Shown: positions 8,878-17,831 of the stretch, piece by piece | Layout of the letters: every line of letters begins with the position of its first letter | Position numbering within the stretch: the first letter of the stretch is position 1 | IMG/VR virus record: IMGVR_UViG_3300044259_000151 | Coordinates: 1 to 58,262 of that record | Direction: 5' to 3' (one strand) | DNA: 58,262 nucleotides | Source of the DNA: a virus | Lineage: Duplodnaviria; Caudoviricetes | Program-made: the position numbers and the translations under genes | The notes under the pieces: model-generated | Told to the model about the DNA's origin: nothing | The model's database searches: none | Seen by the model: only the letters and a program-made list of their open reading frames with translations

Positions 8878-11513
8878 TCGGCGGCCTCGATCTGGTCTGC
8901 GGCCATCAGGTCGAACAGGCTCGGCATCGCCTTGTCGCGCGCCGCCGCCTCCACATATTTGCAGCCGTCCAGGAAATAGGCAGGGTTCAGCTCGGTGGCG
9001 ATCGCGCGGCGATCCGCCTTGATGGCGCGGTAAGGCACCGTCATCAGCCCGCCAAACGGGTCAAACACCACCTCGCCCTTCTCGGTATATTGCGCGATGC
9101 AGCGGTCGACGATGTCGAACTGCAGCGGGCAGAGATGCATTTCCCGGCCGGCCTGCGCCTGCAGCGTGTTCATGGACAGCATGCGCGCCACATCGGTCCA
9201 CACATCCTCCTGCTTGGAATGCGGCGGCAACAGCATGAAGGTAGACGGCAGCATGCCGCGCTCTTCCAGATGCTCGGCAATTCTCACGTGATGCTCGAAA
9301 TCATAGATTTCCGAGAGGCTGTAGCGCTTCCACAGCTTGAAAATCTGATGATGCTCCAGCCCCGCCAGATCCTCGATCGGCAACAGCCGGTCGCCGGAAC
9401 TCGGCATGTAGCCATGCGCATCCAGCTGCCAGCGCGCCCGGGAATAACCGGTCTCGCTCGACCATTTGCCGGATGCGCCATCCCACTGGCGCTTGTCCTT
9501 CTTCACCGGCCGATCCGCATAACCGTTCTCGGCCGAGCTGGGCGGCTTGCGAAACACCAGCAGATATTCCGGCATGCCGTTGCCCATCCGGCTGCCATCC
9601 TTGCACTGTTCGGACCAGCCCAGCCGGTAGGTCTGGTTGTTTTCCCGCACCACATCGGTGGTAATCGTCTTGCGGGAGAGAAAGGCAAAGCCGTGCCGCT
9701 GGAATGCGCGCACGCAATCATCCGAAAACGGGTAGACCGTCTGGAAACCGAGCCCCGTCATGCCGCCCGGCACGATGCGATCCTTGACATGAATGGCGGC
9801 AATGCGGCCGGGCGCCAGCACCCGCAGCAATTCCGGGATCAGGAAATCCATCTGCCGCCAGAAATGGCCGTTATCGTCCGTGTGGCCGAAATCGCAGTAA
9901 TTCGGGCTGTATTCGTACTGCGTCGAAAACGGGATCGAGGTCACGATCAGGTCGACACTGTTTTCCGCCATCTGCTGGCATTCCAGCACGCAGTCATTGT
10001 TGATCAGCCGGTATCCGTCGCCGGAAACCTCAATCCGCTCCACGCCCAGCGACCGCTGCAGCGTGGCGGCCATGGCGGCGGCCGAAAGCCCATACTCCTT
10101 GATGATGCCGGTCATGATCCTGCGTTGCTCCTCATGGCGTTTCCACTTGGCTTCCAGCACGTCGCGCACGGGGCGCTCGGCCTCGGTGTAGATCAGGTCC
10201 AGCCGCACCCGCCGCGTCTGCATGAAGCGGAAAATGCGATGCACCGACTGGATGAAGTCATTGAATTTGAAGCCAATGCCCAGATAGATGGCCCAGGCGC
10301 AGTAAGGCTGCAGGTTGCAGCCGCTGCCCATCATCGAGGGTTTGCCCGCCATTTCGCGAATGCGACCCTCGGAAAATCCGATGATCGAGGCCTCGCGCGT
10401 CTCCAGGTCCTGCGATCCATAGACCGTCACCACATCCGGGATCGCGGCCTCGATCGCCAGCCGCTCGGCCTCGAGATCGTGCCAGATCAGGCGGTGGTCA
10501 TCCGGCGCAAGCGCCCGCAACTCCATCAGCTTTTCAACGCGGGCCGGCAAGCTGTCGCGCTTTTCCCGCGCCGCATCAGACAGTGAGGCCGAGGCATTGC
10601 GCAGCAATCGCCCCTGCCCGTTCTTCTCCGCGCCGGCGCTTGCATGGTCGGCCGGAAGCTCGTGCCAGTAAACATCCATGCCCGGCAGGTCATAACCGTC
10701 ATCGGAAAAGCCGAGATCGGACGGACGCTCCACGAACAGCCCCCAGCTTGCCACCCACAGCCAGAACTCCCGCTCCTTGTGCGGGTGGATCGTCAGCGTG
10801 TCAGCCTTTTCCGAATTGCGCTTGAAAAATCTGGTCTTGGATTGTCCTACGTCCATCACCTCCAGAAAGGCGGAATAGGCCAGAAGCTCGATATATTCGT
10901 TCGGGCTCGGCGTTGCGGTGGCAACGAACTTGAACCGCAACCCATCGAACAGCCGCATGAATTCGCGAAACGTCTTCGATCCGCCAAATCCGCGCAGGCA
11001 GGAGGCTTCGTCAAGGCTCGCCGCCGTAAACAGGCGCGGGTCGATCTTGCCATCGCGCACCGGCTCGTAATTCGTCACGCACAGGCCAGTGTCCGGCGCG
11101 GCCTCGATCGACCGCAGGAAGGTCAGCGCATAGTGTCGGCTGTCCGGCCGCGCTGCGCGCCAGGCTTTCAGGGCAGCCCGCGTCTCCGCGCTGATTTTCG
11201 GATGATCGCCGGTTTCCAGCACCTGCGCATCCCGGCGAAATTCCTGCCGCACGCCGAGCGGCGCCACGATCAGCGCCCGGCCGCCAAAGCGCTCCAGCAC
11301 CAGCCGCAGGATCTCCAGCTGCATCATGCTCTTGCCAAGGCCGAAGGCGGCAAACACCGCGCGCCGGCCGCCGCGGCAGGCCCAGATCACGATGGCCTTC
11401 TGATGCGGCAAAAGGATGGGGTTCACATCCTCCGGCGCCACGTCAAACCCGCCATCGGCGGCCATCTGAACCTTGGCTTTCAGAAAATCGAGATAATCCA
11501 GCGCGGCCATCAT
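8874..11513 (-). CDS. SNF2-like helicase fused to an N4/N6 (beta-class) DNA methyltransferase
   Basis: FGLGKS, LDEAS, TATPSPN, GCNLQ and QSVHRIFRF helicase motifs; VDLIVTSIPF, HLCPLQ and VFDPFGG MTase motifs. Confidence 0.88.
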   Translation of the reverse strand: MMAALDYLDFLKAKVQMAADGGFDVAPEDVNPILLPHQKAIVIWACRGGRRAVFAAFGLGKSMMQLEILRLVLERFGGRALIVAPLGVRQEFRRDAQVLETGDHPKISAETRAALKAWRAARPDSRHYALTFLRSIEAAPDTGLCVTNYEPVRDGKIDPRLFTAASLDEASCLRGFGGSKTFREFMRLFDGLRFKFVATATPSPNEYIELLAYSAFLEVMDVGQSKTRFFKRNSEKADTLTIHPHKEREFWLWVASWGLFVERPSDLGFSDDGYDLPGMDVYWHELPADHASAGAEKNGQGRLLRNASASLSDAAREKRDSLPARVEKLMELRALAPDDHRLIWHDLEAERLAIEAAIPDVVTVYGSQDLETREASIIGFSEGRIREMAGKPSMMGSGCNLQPYCAWAIYLGIGFKFNDFIQSVHRIFRFMQTRRVRLDLIYTEAERPVRDVLEAKWKRHEEQRRIMTGIIKEYGLSAAAMAATLQRSLGVERIEVSGDGYRLINNDCVLECQQMAENSVDLIVTSIPFSTQYEYSPNYCDFGHTDDNGHFWRQMDFLIPELLRVLAPGRIAAIHVKDRIVPGGMTGLGFQTVYPFSDDCVRAFQRHGFAFLSRKTITTDVVRENNQTYRLGWSEQCKDGSRMGNGMPEYLLVFRKPPSSAENGYADRPVKKDKRQWDGASGKWSSETGYSRARWQLDAHGYMPSSGDRLLPIEDLAGLEHHQIFKLWKRYSLSEIYDFEHHVRIAEHLEERGMLPSTFMLLPPHSKQEDVWTDVARMLSMNTLQAQAGREMHLCPLQFDIVDRCIAQYTEKGEVVFDPFGGLMTVPYRAIKADRRAIATELNPAYFLDGCKYVEAAARDKAMPSLFDLMAADQIEAAE

Positions 11514-11734
11514 CGCACCTCCAGCACAAGAGGCGCGGCCGGATAACGCTGCGGCCACCGCTGCGTCAGCTGCTGGTCGGAACGCCAGTCCTTGCCGCAT
11601 TCGACATAGATCTGCGCCACACGGTCTTCCGCCGCCTCGGCACGTCTGCGATAGATATCAATGGTTTCCGAGCCATAGGACCGGTCAGCCATGGCATCCA
11701 CATAATCGGCAATGGTGATCCCGCGCCGCATCAT
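11510..11734 (-). CDS. Hypothetical phage protein
   Basis: Coupled small ORF in the cro operon. Confidence 0.55.
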   Translation of the reverse strand: MMRRGITIADYVDAMADRSYGSETIDIYRRRAEAAEDRVAQIYVECGKDWRSDQQLTQRWPQRYPAAPLVLEVR

Positions 11735-11946
11735 TGCACCGCCTTTCTGAGGCCACCGGCGCGGAAGGCGCGGATGGCGTCGTCAAACGCCGCCACGGCG
11801 CGGTCATCCATCACGCCCGCGGAAATGCAGGCCGCCGCAGCAACGCTGATCGCCAGTGAAACGGCCAGTTGCGGATCATCCGGCAAGGCAGCAAAAATCG
11901 CCCGGAACCGGGCATCGCGCACAATATCTCCCCCCGGCGCGCTCAT
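11731..11946 (-). CDS. Hypothetical phage protein
   Basis: Coupled small ORF in the cro operon. Confidence 0.55.
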   Translation of the reverse strand: MSAPGGDIVRDARFRAIFAALPDDPQLAVSLAISVAAAACISAGVMDDRAVAAFDDAIRAFRAGGLRKAVQ

Positions 11947-12395
11947 CAGATCGCCCCCGCAATCATCGCATCCAGGCGGGCCAGCATCTGCATGGCGGGC
12001 ACGATGCTCTGGCGCACCGCCAGCCGCTCGGCCGCATCCACATGGCCATCCTCGATCGCCGCGGAAACCTCACGCACCACATTGTCCAGCACGCCATTGA
12101 GTTTCAGCACGGCGGCCGCCGTCAGCTCGCCAAAGCCGGGGCGCCCCGCAGCGCCCAGAAGCTCGCACATCGTCGAGGTGATGAACGGGTGGCCGGCCTC
12201 CGCATCCAGCCGCACGGCAAGATCCACCCGGATCACCGATTGCGCCCACTCATTGGCAGGCGAGGCATATTTGGACAGCGTACCGGCGGCCACACCGAGC
12301 AACGACGCCGCGCGGGAAACCCCGCCCACGGCCTCCAGCCCGGACACGGTTGCAGCCTTCAAGGCCGCGGCAGAACAACAGGAAAAAGCACGCAT
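11946..12395 (-). CDS. Phage regulatory protein, CII/YmfL-like
   Basis: HTH-like GGVSRAASLLGV..GTLSKY; C-terminal AIEDGHVDAAE; located downstream of cro. Confidence 0.7.
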   Translation of the reverse strand: MRAFSCCSAAALKAATVSGLEAVGGVSRAASLLGVAAGTLSKYASPANEWAQSVIRVDLAVRLDAEAGHPFITSTMCELLGAAGRPGFGELTAAAVLKLNGVLDNVVREVSAAIEDGHVDAAERLAVRQSIVPAMQMLARLDAMIAGAI

Positions 12396-12852
12396 GGAGA
12401 GACCCCTGAAAATCGGTCAAGGAAAAAGTGACAATCAATCGTTTCCGTGAAGACGGGCGCGATCCGCGCTACGTCAGGTGCATCGCAAGCTCATGGAGGC
12501 CCGCATGCACAGATCTGAATGGCAGAATGGCCGCGATGCCGCTGCAGCCACCCCTGTCCTGACGCGCCTGTCGGCATCCGCGCTCCGGGTATTCCTGGCT
12601 GGCCGGCAGGGCGCAGGCGATCACCCTGCCGGCCGAGCATCGCGGCAGCCCGAAGGCAGTCCGCCATGCCGCGAAAAATGCCCCGGCGCCTTGGGAGGAG
12701 GCTGGCGCCGGAGCCTTGCCGCCGGCGGAGACGAGGCCACGGCGACAAGAGGAGAAGAAAAAGGCCAGCCGGGCGCAACAGAGAAACACCCGGCTGGCAG
12801 GTGGCACCGGAGAGGAAACAACCGGCGCGGCAGGGAAGAAACAAAGGCCGCA

Positions 12853-13104
12853 TCATTCGGCAGCCTCCGGAATTTTCGAAACAGGGCGCGGCACGCCATC
12901 CGGCCACGCAACACCTTCCGGCCAATGATCGGAAAGCCAGCGCATCGCCTCGCCAAACCGGCGAACACCGATATCCGAACCGCGCCGGATGCCGGCGATG
13001 CGCTTGCCATCGGAAAACAGGCGTGACGACAGCGTCGCCTCGGCAATGTCAGCGCCGGCGCAAAAGGCTTCGATCACGGTCAGCAGTTGGTCGATCTGTG
13101 TCAT
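12853..13104 (-). CDS. Cro-like small regulator
   Basis: Divergent from cI; ATLSSRLFSDGKRI...WLSDHWPEG..WP pattern. Confidence 0.75.
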   Translation of the reverse strand: MTQIDQLLTVIEAFCAGADIAEATLSSRLFSDGKRIAGIRRGSDIGVRRFGEAMRWLSDHWPEGVAWPDGVPRPVSKIPEAAE

Positions 13105-13111
13105 GGCGGCG

Positions 13112-13190
13112 AATATGCGGGATATGTCCCTCATCGTCAACGGGAAATGTCCCTCTGCCGCATTTTTTCAAAATAAGGGATATTTCCCGC
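13112..13190. promoter_or_regulatory. OR-like region: three repressor operators and the cro promoter
   Basis: GCGGGATATGTCCCT (13117-13131), CGGGAAATGTCCCT (13141-13154), AGGGATATTTCCCGC (13176-13190); minus-strand TTGACG-17bp-CATATT (13140-13112). Confidence 0.8.
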
Positions 13191-13820
13191 ATGTCTTACA
13201 CGGCCGAACAGATCGTCAAACGGGTGGAACAGCGCGCCAAGCAGCTGAAGATGTCAGCGCGCCGGGTGTCGCTGGAAGCAGGCTATGGCCCGGACCTGAT
13301 CCGCGACTGGAACCGCCCGAAAGCGCCTTTGCCGCGGCTGGACAGCCTGATGAAGGTGGCCGAGGTGCTGGGCGTTCGCGCCGGCTGGCTGGCCTTCGGC
13401 GAGGGAGACAATGATAATGCCGCACAGGAAAACACGCGCCGCGTGCCGGTTATTTCCTGGGTCGCCGCTGGCCGCTTCTCGGATGCGCCGGCACAGGATG
13501 ACATTGAGCCTGCCAGTCACATTGATGTCAGCGATCTGCCGCGCGGCCGTTATTTCGGCTTGCGCATCATCGGCGACAGCATGAACCGCGTGGCGCCCGA
13601 AGGGTCGATCATTATCGTCAACGCGCAGGATCGCGAACTTATTCCGCGCAAATACTACGTTTTCCAGAACGGGCATGGAGCGACGTTCAAGCGCTATATG
13701 AACAATCCGCCGCGCCTGGAGCCCTATTCCTACAACCTTGATCACGAGACCCTGCAGGTGGACAAGGATACGCAGGTCATCGGCCGTGCCGTGCGGATCA
13801 TTTCAGACGTCGAGATCTGA
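13191..13820 (+). CDS. cI: CI-like repressor (HTH plus S24 autopeptidase)
   Basis: N-terminal HTH; VPVISWVAAG cleavage site; IIGDSM catalytic Ser; TFKR catalytic Lys; no SD before the ATG, possibly leaderless. Confidence 0.92.
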   Translation: MSYTAEQIVKRVEQRAKQLKMSARRVSLEAGYGPDLIRDWNRPKAPLPRLDSLMKVAEVLGVRAGWLAFGEGDNDNAAQENTRRVPVISWVAAGRFSDAPAQDDIEPASHIDVSDLPRGRYFGLRIIGDSMNRVAPEGSIIIVNAQDRELIPRKYYVFQNGHGATFKRYMNNPPRLEPYSYNLDHETLQVDKDTQVIGRAVRIISDVEI

Positions 13821-14654
13821 CAGCCCGAGCTTGCGGAAGCGCTTTGCCGCCGCATCATCCAGCACTGCCAGCTGCTGGCCGAATTTTTGCACCAGCTGCC
13901 GCTCCCCGCCGCCCGCTTTCATTTGCGCAAGCGCGCCGGCCGCCTCATCGAGCGTGGGCCGCGCATTTTCGATCCATTTGCGCACGGTCAGGCCGTTGAA
14001 GTCCGCAGGCGCGCTGCGCTTGCGGTGCAAGCCATCGCGCACCACAACATATTCGGCCAGGATATCCATCTCATCATCGCTCAAATCCCGGTCGGCCCGC
14101 GCAATCCAGATCAGCGGCAAAAGACCGGGCTTGGCCTTGCCCATTACCGAACCATAATCCGGGCCCGGGTCGAACAGCATCCGCCGCAAGGCGGGCACAT
14201 AGGCCTGCACATCGGATATCACCTCCCCGGTCTGCACGCTGGTCATTTCCGCCACGCGATCGGCCCGGAAACTGCGCATCGCGCGCCGCAGATGACACCA
14301 GGCCTCGAGATAGATCCTGCCATCAAAATCCGAAAATCCCTCAACCTCGATCCGCCGTTGTGTTGGCGCGGCGCTGCCGTCCCGATAGGCAATCCAGAAG
14401 CTCGCTGGCGTCACCGCCACATCATGATCCTCTGGATAGGCCGGTTTATCACGGCGTCCGGCCGGCGTGCCGCTGACCGGACTGTGCGCAAATGTCTCGC
14501 GCGGGAAATCTTCGTCCGGGGAACGGATCATCGGCCGCTGTTCCGGTTCCGCTTGCTGATCTTTCATCGTCTGCCTCGGCTGCGAACGCCCCATGCGCGC
14601 CAGCACCAGAACCAGGCCGATGACGACAATCACCAGCACCACGAACACGCCCAT
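13803..14654 (-). CDS. Membrane-anchored WYL-domain protein with a TerB-like C-terminal domain
   Basis: N-terminal hydrophobic helix; IAYRDG....TQRRI...YLEAWCHLRRAMRSFRADRV (WYL); IARADRDLSDDE (TerB-like). Confidence 0.75.
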   Translation of the reverse strand: MGVFVVLVIVVIGLVLVLARMGRSQPRQTMKDQQAEPEQRPMIRSPDEDFPRETFAHSPVSGTPAGRRDKPAYPEDHDVAVTPASFWIAYRDGSAAPTQRRIEVEGFSDFDGRIYLEAWCHLRRAMRSFRADRVAEMTSVQTGEVISDVQAYVPALRRMLFDPGPDYGSVMGKAKPGLLPLIWIARADRDLSDDEMDILAEYVVVRDGLHRKRSAPADFNGLTVRKWIENARPTLDEAAGALAQMKAGGGERQLVQKFGQQLAVLDDAAAKRFRKLGLSDLDV

Positions 14655-14675
14655 GCCATCCCCCTCCCACAATCT

Positions 14676-14727
14676 GCGGGACATATCCCTTTTTTCTATT
14701 GACTAGGGGACATGTCCCGCATACCTT
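14676..14727 (+). promoter_or_regulatory. OL-like region: two operators and the promoter of the plus-strand early operon
   Basis: GCGGGACATATCCCT (14676-14690) and AGGGGACATGTCCCGC (14705-14720) share the OR consensus; TTGACT-17bp-TACCTT. Confidence 0.8.
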
Positions 14728-14851
14728 CACCCCATCGCATCAAACCGCATCCCGCAACGTCAGCGAGAGGCTAGCAAACAGGCTTCCGCAGGACAACGCC
14801 CGTTTCAACGGGCGGCGGCTGCGTGCGCTCTTGAACATGGGGAACCACCGC

Positions 14852-15136
14852 ATGCCCGTCTTGAATTTCCCGCTGAATGCCTTGCGGGCGCGTGCCGAAA
14901 GCCGCGCCGCCCGCGCCACGCGCCACCCGCACATCCGCATCACGCCCTTTGGCGCCGCCGTTCCGGCCCGGCCCATGCCGCGCCGACGCGCTGCGCCCGT
15001 GTGGCTGTTCCGGGCCGTGGCCATCGGCTGGTGCGCCTGCATATGCACCGGCGTCACGCTGGTGCTTGCTTTCACGCTGATGACCGCGCGCCTCATCGAG
15101 ATCGAGCGCGCGCTGGAACTGGCGGCGAGGGTGTGA
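14852..15136 (+). CDS. Hypothetical protein with a C-terminal hydrophobic segment
   Basis: First ORF after the OL promoter. Confidence 0.5.
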   Translation: MPVLNFPLNALRARAESRAARATRHPHIRITPFGAAVPARPMPRRRAAPVWLFRAVAIGWCACICTGVTLVLAFTLMTARLIEIERALELAARV

Positions 15137-15138
15137 CG

Positions 15139-15384
15139 ATGCGCTTTTTGAGCTATGCATCCGCCGCGCTTCTGGCAGCCGCAAGCGCTTTTGCACGGCA
15201 CGTTCCGAGCTTTGATTTCCGGCCGACGCCGCGCGACAACACACGGCACGTTCCGGCAAAACAGCGGCACAAGAGCGGTCACCTTTATCCGCATTCGTCG
15301 AAGCGCCAGCAGGCGCGCTATGCGCGCCAGATCGCTGCAAACCAGCTGAATATGGCGGGCTGCCGCAAGGGCGGTGCGGCATGA
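15139..15384 (+). CDS. Hypothetical phage protein
   Basis: GAGG RBS; YPHSSKRQQARYARQIA motif. Confidence 0.6.
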   Translation: MRFLSYASAALLAAASAFARHVPSFDFRPTPRDNTRHVPAKQRHKSGHLYPHSSKRQQARYARQIAANQLNMAGCRKGGAA

Positions 15385-15590
15385 ACCATCAGCCTGATGA
15401 TCCAGGAACGCGCGCCGATGTGGTTATCCTGGCGTTCCAGCGCGATCAGTTGCGCAAGACAGTCACATGCCTTGGCATAACCAACGTGTTTTTGCTGCTT
15501 GCTGTCTTTTTTGCGACCGGCATGTGGGTCGATACCCGCGATGCGCTGCATCTCTGCCGCGCCGGCCTGACGCAGGAGGGGAGCCGATGA
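15381..15590 (+). CDS. Small membrane protein
   Basis: Coupled ORF with one hydrophobic helix. Confidence 0.55.
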   Translation: MNHQPDDPGTRADVVILAFQRDQLRKTVTCLGITNVFLLLAVFFATGMWVDTRDALHLCRAGLTQEGSR

Positions 15591-15799
15591 CCATCGCCCT
15601 CGCTTTCTACACCCTCGGCCTTGCCATCTGGCACGCGCAACTCTGGTTCAAGGGCCTGACGCCCGCCGATCGCGATGCACTGCAGGCGGAAAACAACCGC
15701 CTCACGGCTCAGGTGTCGTTGCTGGAAGACATTCTGCACCGCCCGATGGCCCAAGCAACCCTGAAACGCCAACCCGCGAAAAGGAGGAATGCCGCATGA
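15587..15799 (+). CDS. Small membrane-anchored coiled-coil protein
   Basis: GGAGG RBS and ATGA coupling. Confidence 0.55.
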   Translation: MTIALAFYTLGLAIWHAQLWFKGLTPADRDALQAENNRLTAQVSLLEDILHRPMAQATLKRQPAKRRNAA

Positions 15800-16041
15800 G
15801 CTGGATTTTCGGATTTCTGGGGTGGTGGTGCGCCGCCGCTTTGTTGCTGGCTTGGGGATGCTGTCTCTGGTCAGGCCGTGATTACCGGGCCGAAAATGAC
15901 GAATTGCGCGCCGCAAATGCGCAACTGCGTCAAGCCATCAAACGCGCAAAGGCAGCCATGCTTCTTTGCGATATTCGGGCAACTTACAACAGGATTGACC
16001 GTCATTTTGTCATCCCGGTAACCCCAGCAGGTGACGCATGA
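15796..16041 (+). CDS. Small membrane-anchored coiled-coil protein
   Basis: GGAGG RBS and ATGA coupling. Confidence 0.55.
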   Translation: MSWIFGFLGWWCAAALLLAWGCCLWSGRDYRAENDELRAANAQLRQAIKRAKAAMLLCDIRATYNRIDRHFVIPVTPAGDA

Positions 16042-16775
16042 ACGCGCGTGTCTCCCCCCGCACACCCTGGCTGCTGTCCGGCCCCGTCGAAGCCTTTCGC
16101 CCGGATGGGTCGATCATGGATCTCGCTTATCCTCGCGTCGAGGAGGTGGATTTTGTCGATATCGCCCGCGCCCTCTCACACATCCCGCGCTTTAACGGCA
16201 TCACCCATGGCGTGGGGTATTCGGTGGCGCAGCATTGCGTGATGGGCGCCGAGGCCCTTGCCAACGAAGGCGCCGATGCGCTGACCCAGGCGCTGTTTCT
16301 GCTGCACGATGCGCACGAATTTTATCTGGGCGATACCGCCCGGCCGGTGCGCACGTTGCTCCTCAACATGCTGGAAAATCGCGGTGGCGAGAAGGCGGCG
16401 CGCGCGCTGCGCACCGTCTGGCGCGAGGCCGCCGATGCATGGGACGTGGTGATTTATCAGGCCGCCAGCCTGCCGCCGCCCGCCGCCTGGACGAACAGCC
16501 AGCGCAATGCCGTGCTGCTGATGGATGAGCGCATGCTGCTGGCCGAAAGCCGCGCACTGTTCGGCCCGAAGGCCGCCGGCAATGTGCATGCGCGGCCGGA
16601 GGCAAGCACCGCCCCGCCGCCGAAGACAAGAGGGAAGATCAAACCATGGGGCGCCATGGAAGCAGAAATGCGTTTCAGGGAAATGTTTGTAGCACTGCGC
16701 AGCGTCGATCTGTTGCAGGAGCAACATGCCCTGCACACCGCCCATGCAACGCTCTTTGGCGGGCTGGAGGAATGA
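16038..16775 (+). CDS. HD-domain phosphohydrolase (YfdR/5'-deoxynucleotidase-like)
   Basis: DIARALSHIPRFNG, YSVAQHC and LLHDAHEFYLGD motifs. Confidence 0.88.
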   Translation: MNARVSPRTPWLLSGPVEAFRPDGSIMDLAYPRVEEVDFVDIARALSHIPRFNGITHGVGYSVAQHCVMGAEALANEGADALTQALFLLHDAHEFYLGDTARPVRTLLLNMLENRGGEKAARALRTVWREAADAWDVVIYQAASLPPPAAWTNSQRNAVLLMDERMLLAESRALFGPKAAGNVHARPEASTAPPPKTRGKIKPWGAMEAEMRFREMFVALRSVDLLQEQHALHTAHATLFGGLEE

Positions 16776-16945
16776 CGATGGAAGGTCGGCAAACCACGTC
16801 GCTGTTCCGCGTGCATTTCCTCGATGGTTCCAACCTCGACATTCCGGCGGCAAGCCCCGCCGCCGCCCGCGAAAAGGCAGAGCCTCTGGCAAAGCGGCAG
16901 GAAACGAAAATCACCAAGGTCAAGCTGCTGCGGGAGAAGGATTGA
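16772..16945 (+). CDS. Small hypothetical protein
   Basis: Coupled ORF FRVHFLDG...ITKVKL. Confidence 0.6.
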   Translation: MTMEGRQTTSLFRVHFLDGSNLDIPAASPAAAREKAEPLAKRQETKITKVKLLREKD

Positions 16946-17436
16946 TGGCCGGCTCCGTCAACAAGGTCATCCTGCTCGGCCATCTCGGCGCGGATCCGGA
17001 AATCCGCCGCACGCAGGATGGCCGGCCCATTGCCAGCTTTCGCCTCGCCACCTCCGAAACCTGGCGTGACAAGCACAGCGGCGAGCGCCGGGAAAAGACC
17101 GAATGGCACACCATCGTGGTGTTCAACGAGGCGCTCGCCAAGCTTGCCGAGCAATATCTGCGCAAGGGCTCGAAAATCTATCTCGAGGGCCAGCTGACGA
17201 CGCGCAAGTGGCAGGACCAGAACGGCAACGACCGTTACAGCACCGAGGTGGTGCTGCAGGGCTTTTCCGCCCAGCTGACCATGCTGGACCGCCGCGAAGG
17301 CAGCGGCCACCGGCCATCCGGCGCGCCGGAAGATTATGGCTATGACGCCGATCGCGCCGCCGGTTCCGCGCCGGCCCGCCCCGCGCGACCCGATCTCGAT
17401 GACGACATTCCTTTTTCCCCTGAATGGAGAGGCTGA
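16945..17436 (+). CDS. ssb: Single-stranded DNA-binding protein
   Basis: MAGSVNKVILLGHLGADPE...TEWH...DDDIPF. Confidence 0.97.
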   Translation: MAGSVNKVILLGHLGADPEIRRTQDGRPIASFRLATSETWRDKHSGERREKTEWHTIVVFNEALAKLAEQYLRKGSKIYLEGQLTTRKWQDQNGNDRYSTEVVLQGFSAQLTMLDRREGSGHRPSGAPEDYGYDADRAAGSAPARPARPDLDDDIPFSPEWRG

Positions 17437-17438
17437 CA

Positions 17439-17789
17439 ATGAGTGCACCCATCATCCGCGATGCCCAGGCGCTGCTGGGCATGCTGGAAAGCGGAGACCT
17501 GAACAGCGAAATGACGGAAACGGTCGAAGGCGTTCTGAAAAAGCTTTCCGAGCTTTCCACCGATCGGCCGCAGGCTACCTTCAAGGGCGAGGTTTCGCTC
17601 AAGATCAAGTTCGCCGTGAAAAACGGCATGGTGGATATCGACGCGGAAATTCCGCCGCCGAAACTGCCGAAGCTGCCGCGCAAGACATCCGTCTACTTCC
17701 TCACCGAGGAAGGCCGGCTTTCCACCGAACATCCGCAGCAGCGCGACATGTTTCCGGGTCCGCGCGAGATCGATCACCGCCGCCAGTAA
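17439..17789 (+). CDS. Phage protein in the YfdP position (partner of DUF2303)
   Basis: GEVSLKIKF...KLP...YFLTEEGRLSTEHPQQ; directly upstream of the YfdQ-like gene. Confidence 0.7.
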   Translation: MSAPIIRDAQALLGMLESGDLNSEMTETVEGVLKKLSELSTDRPQATFKGEVSLKIKFAVKNGMVDIDAEIPPPKLPKLPRKTSVYFLTEEGRLSTEHPQQRDMFPGPREIDHRRQ

Positions 17790-17831
17790 GGCGCCGGCGT
17801 AACACTCTTCAGTCCCAACGGAGATTTCCCC

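Noticed and set aside
12491-12856. ORF between cro and the cII-like gene
   Set aside because: Has ATGA coupling to cro but low-complexity, unconvincing protein sequence; cannot be supported as coding
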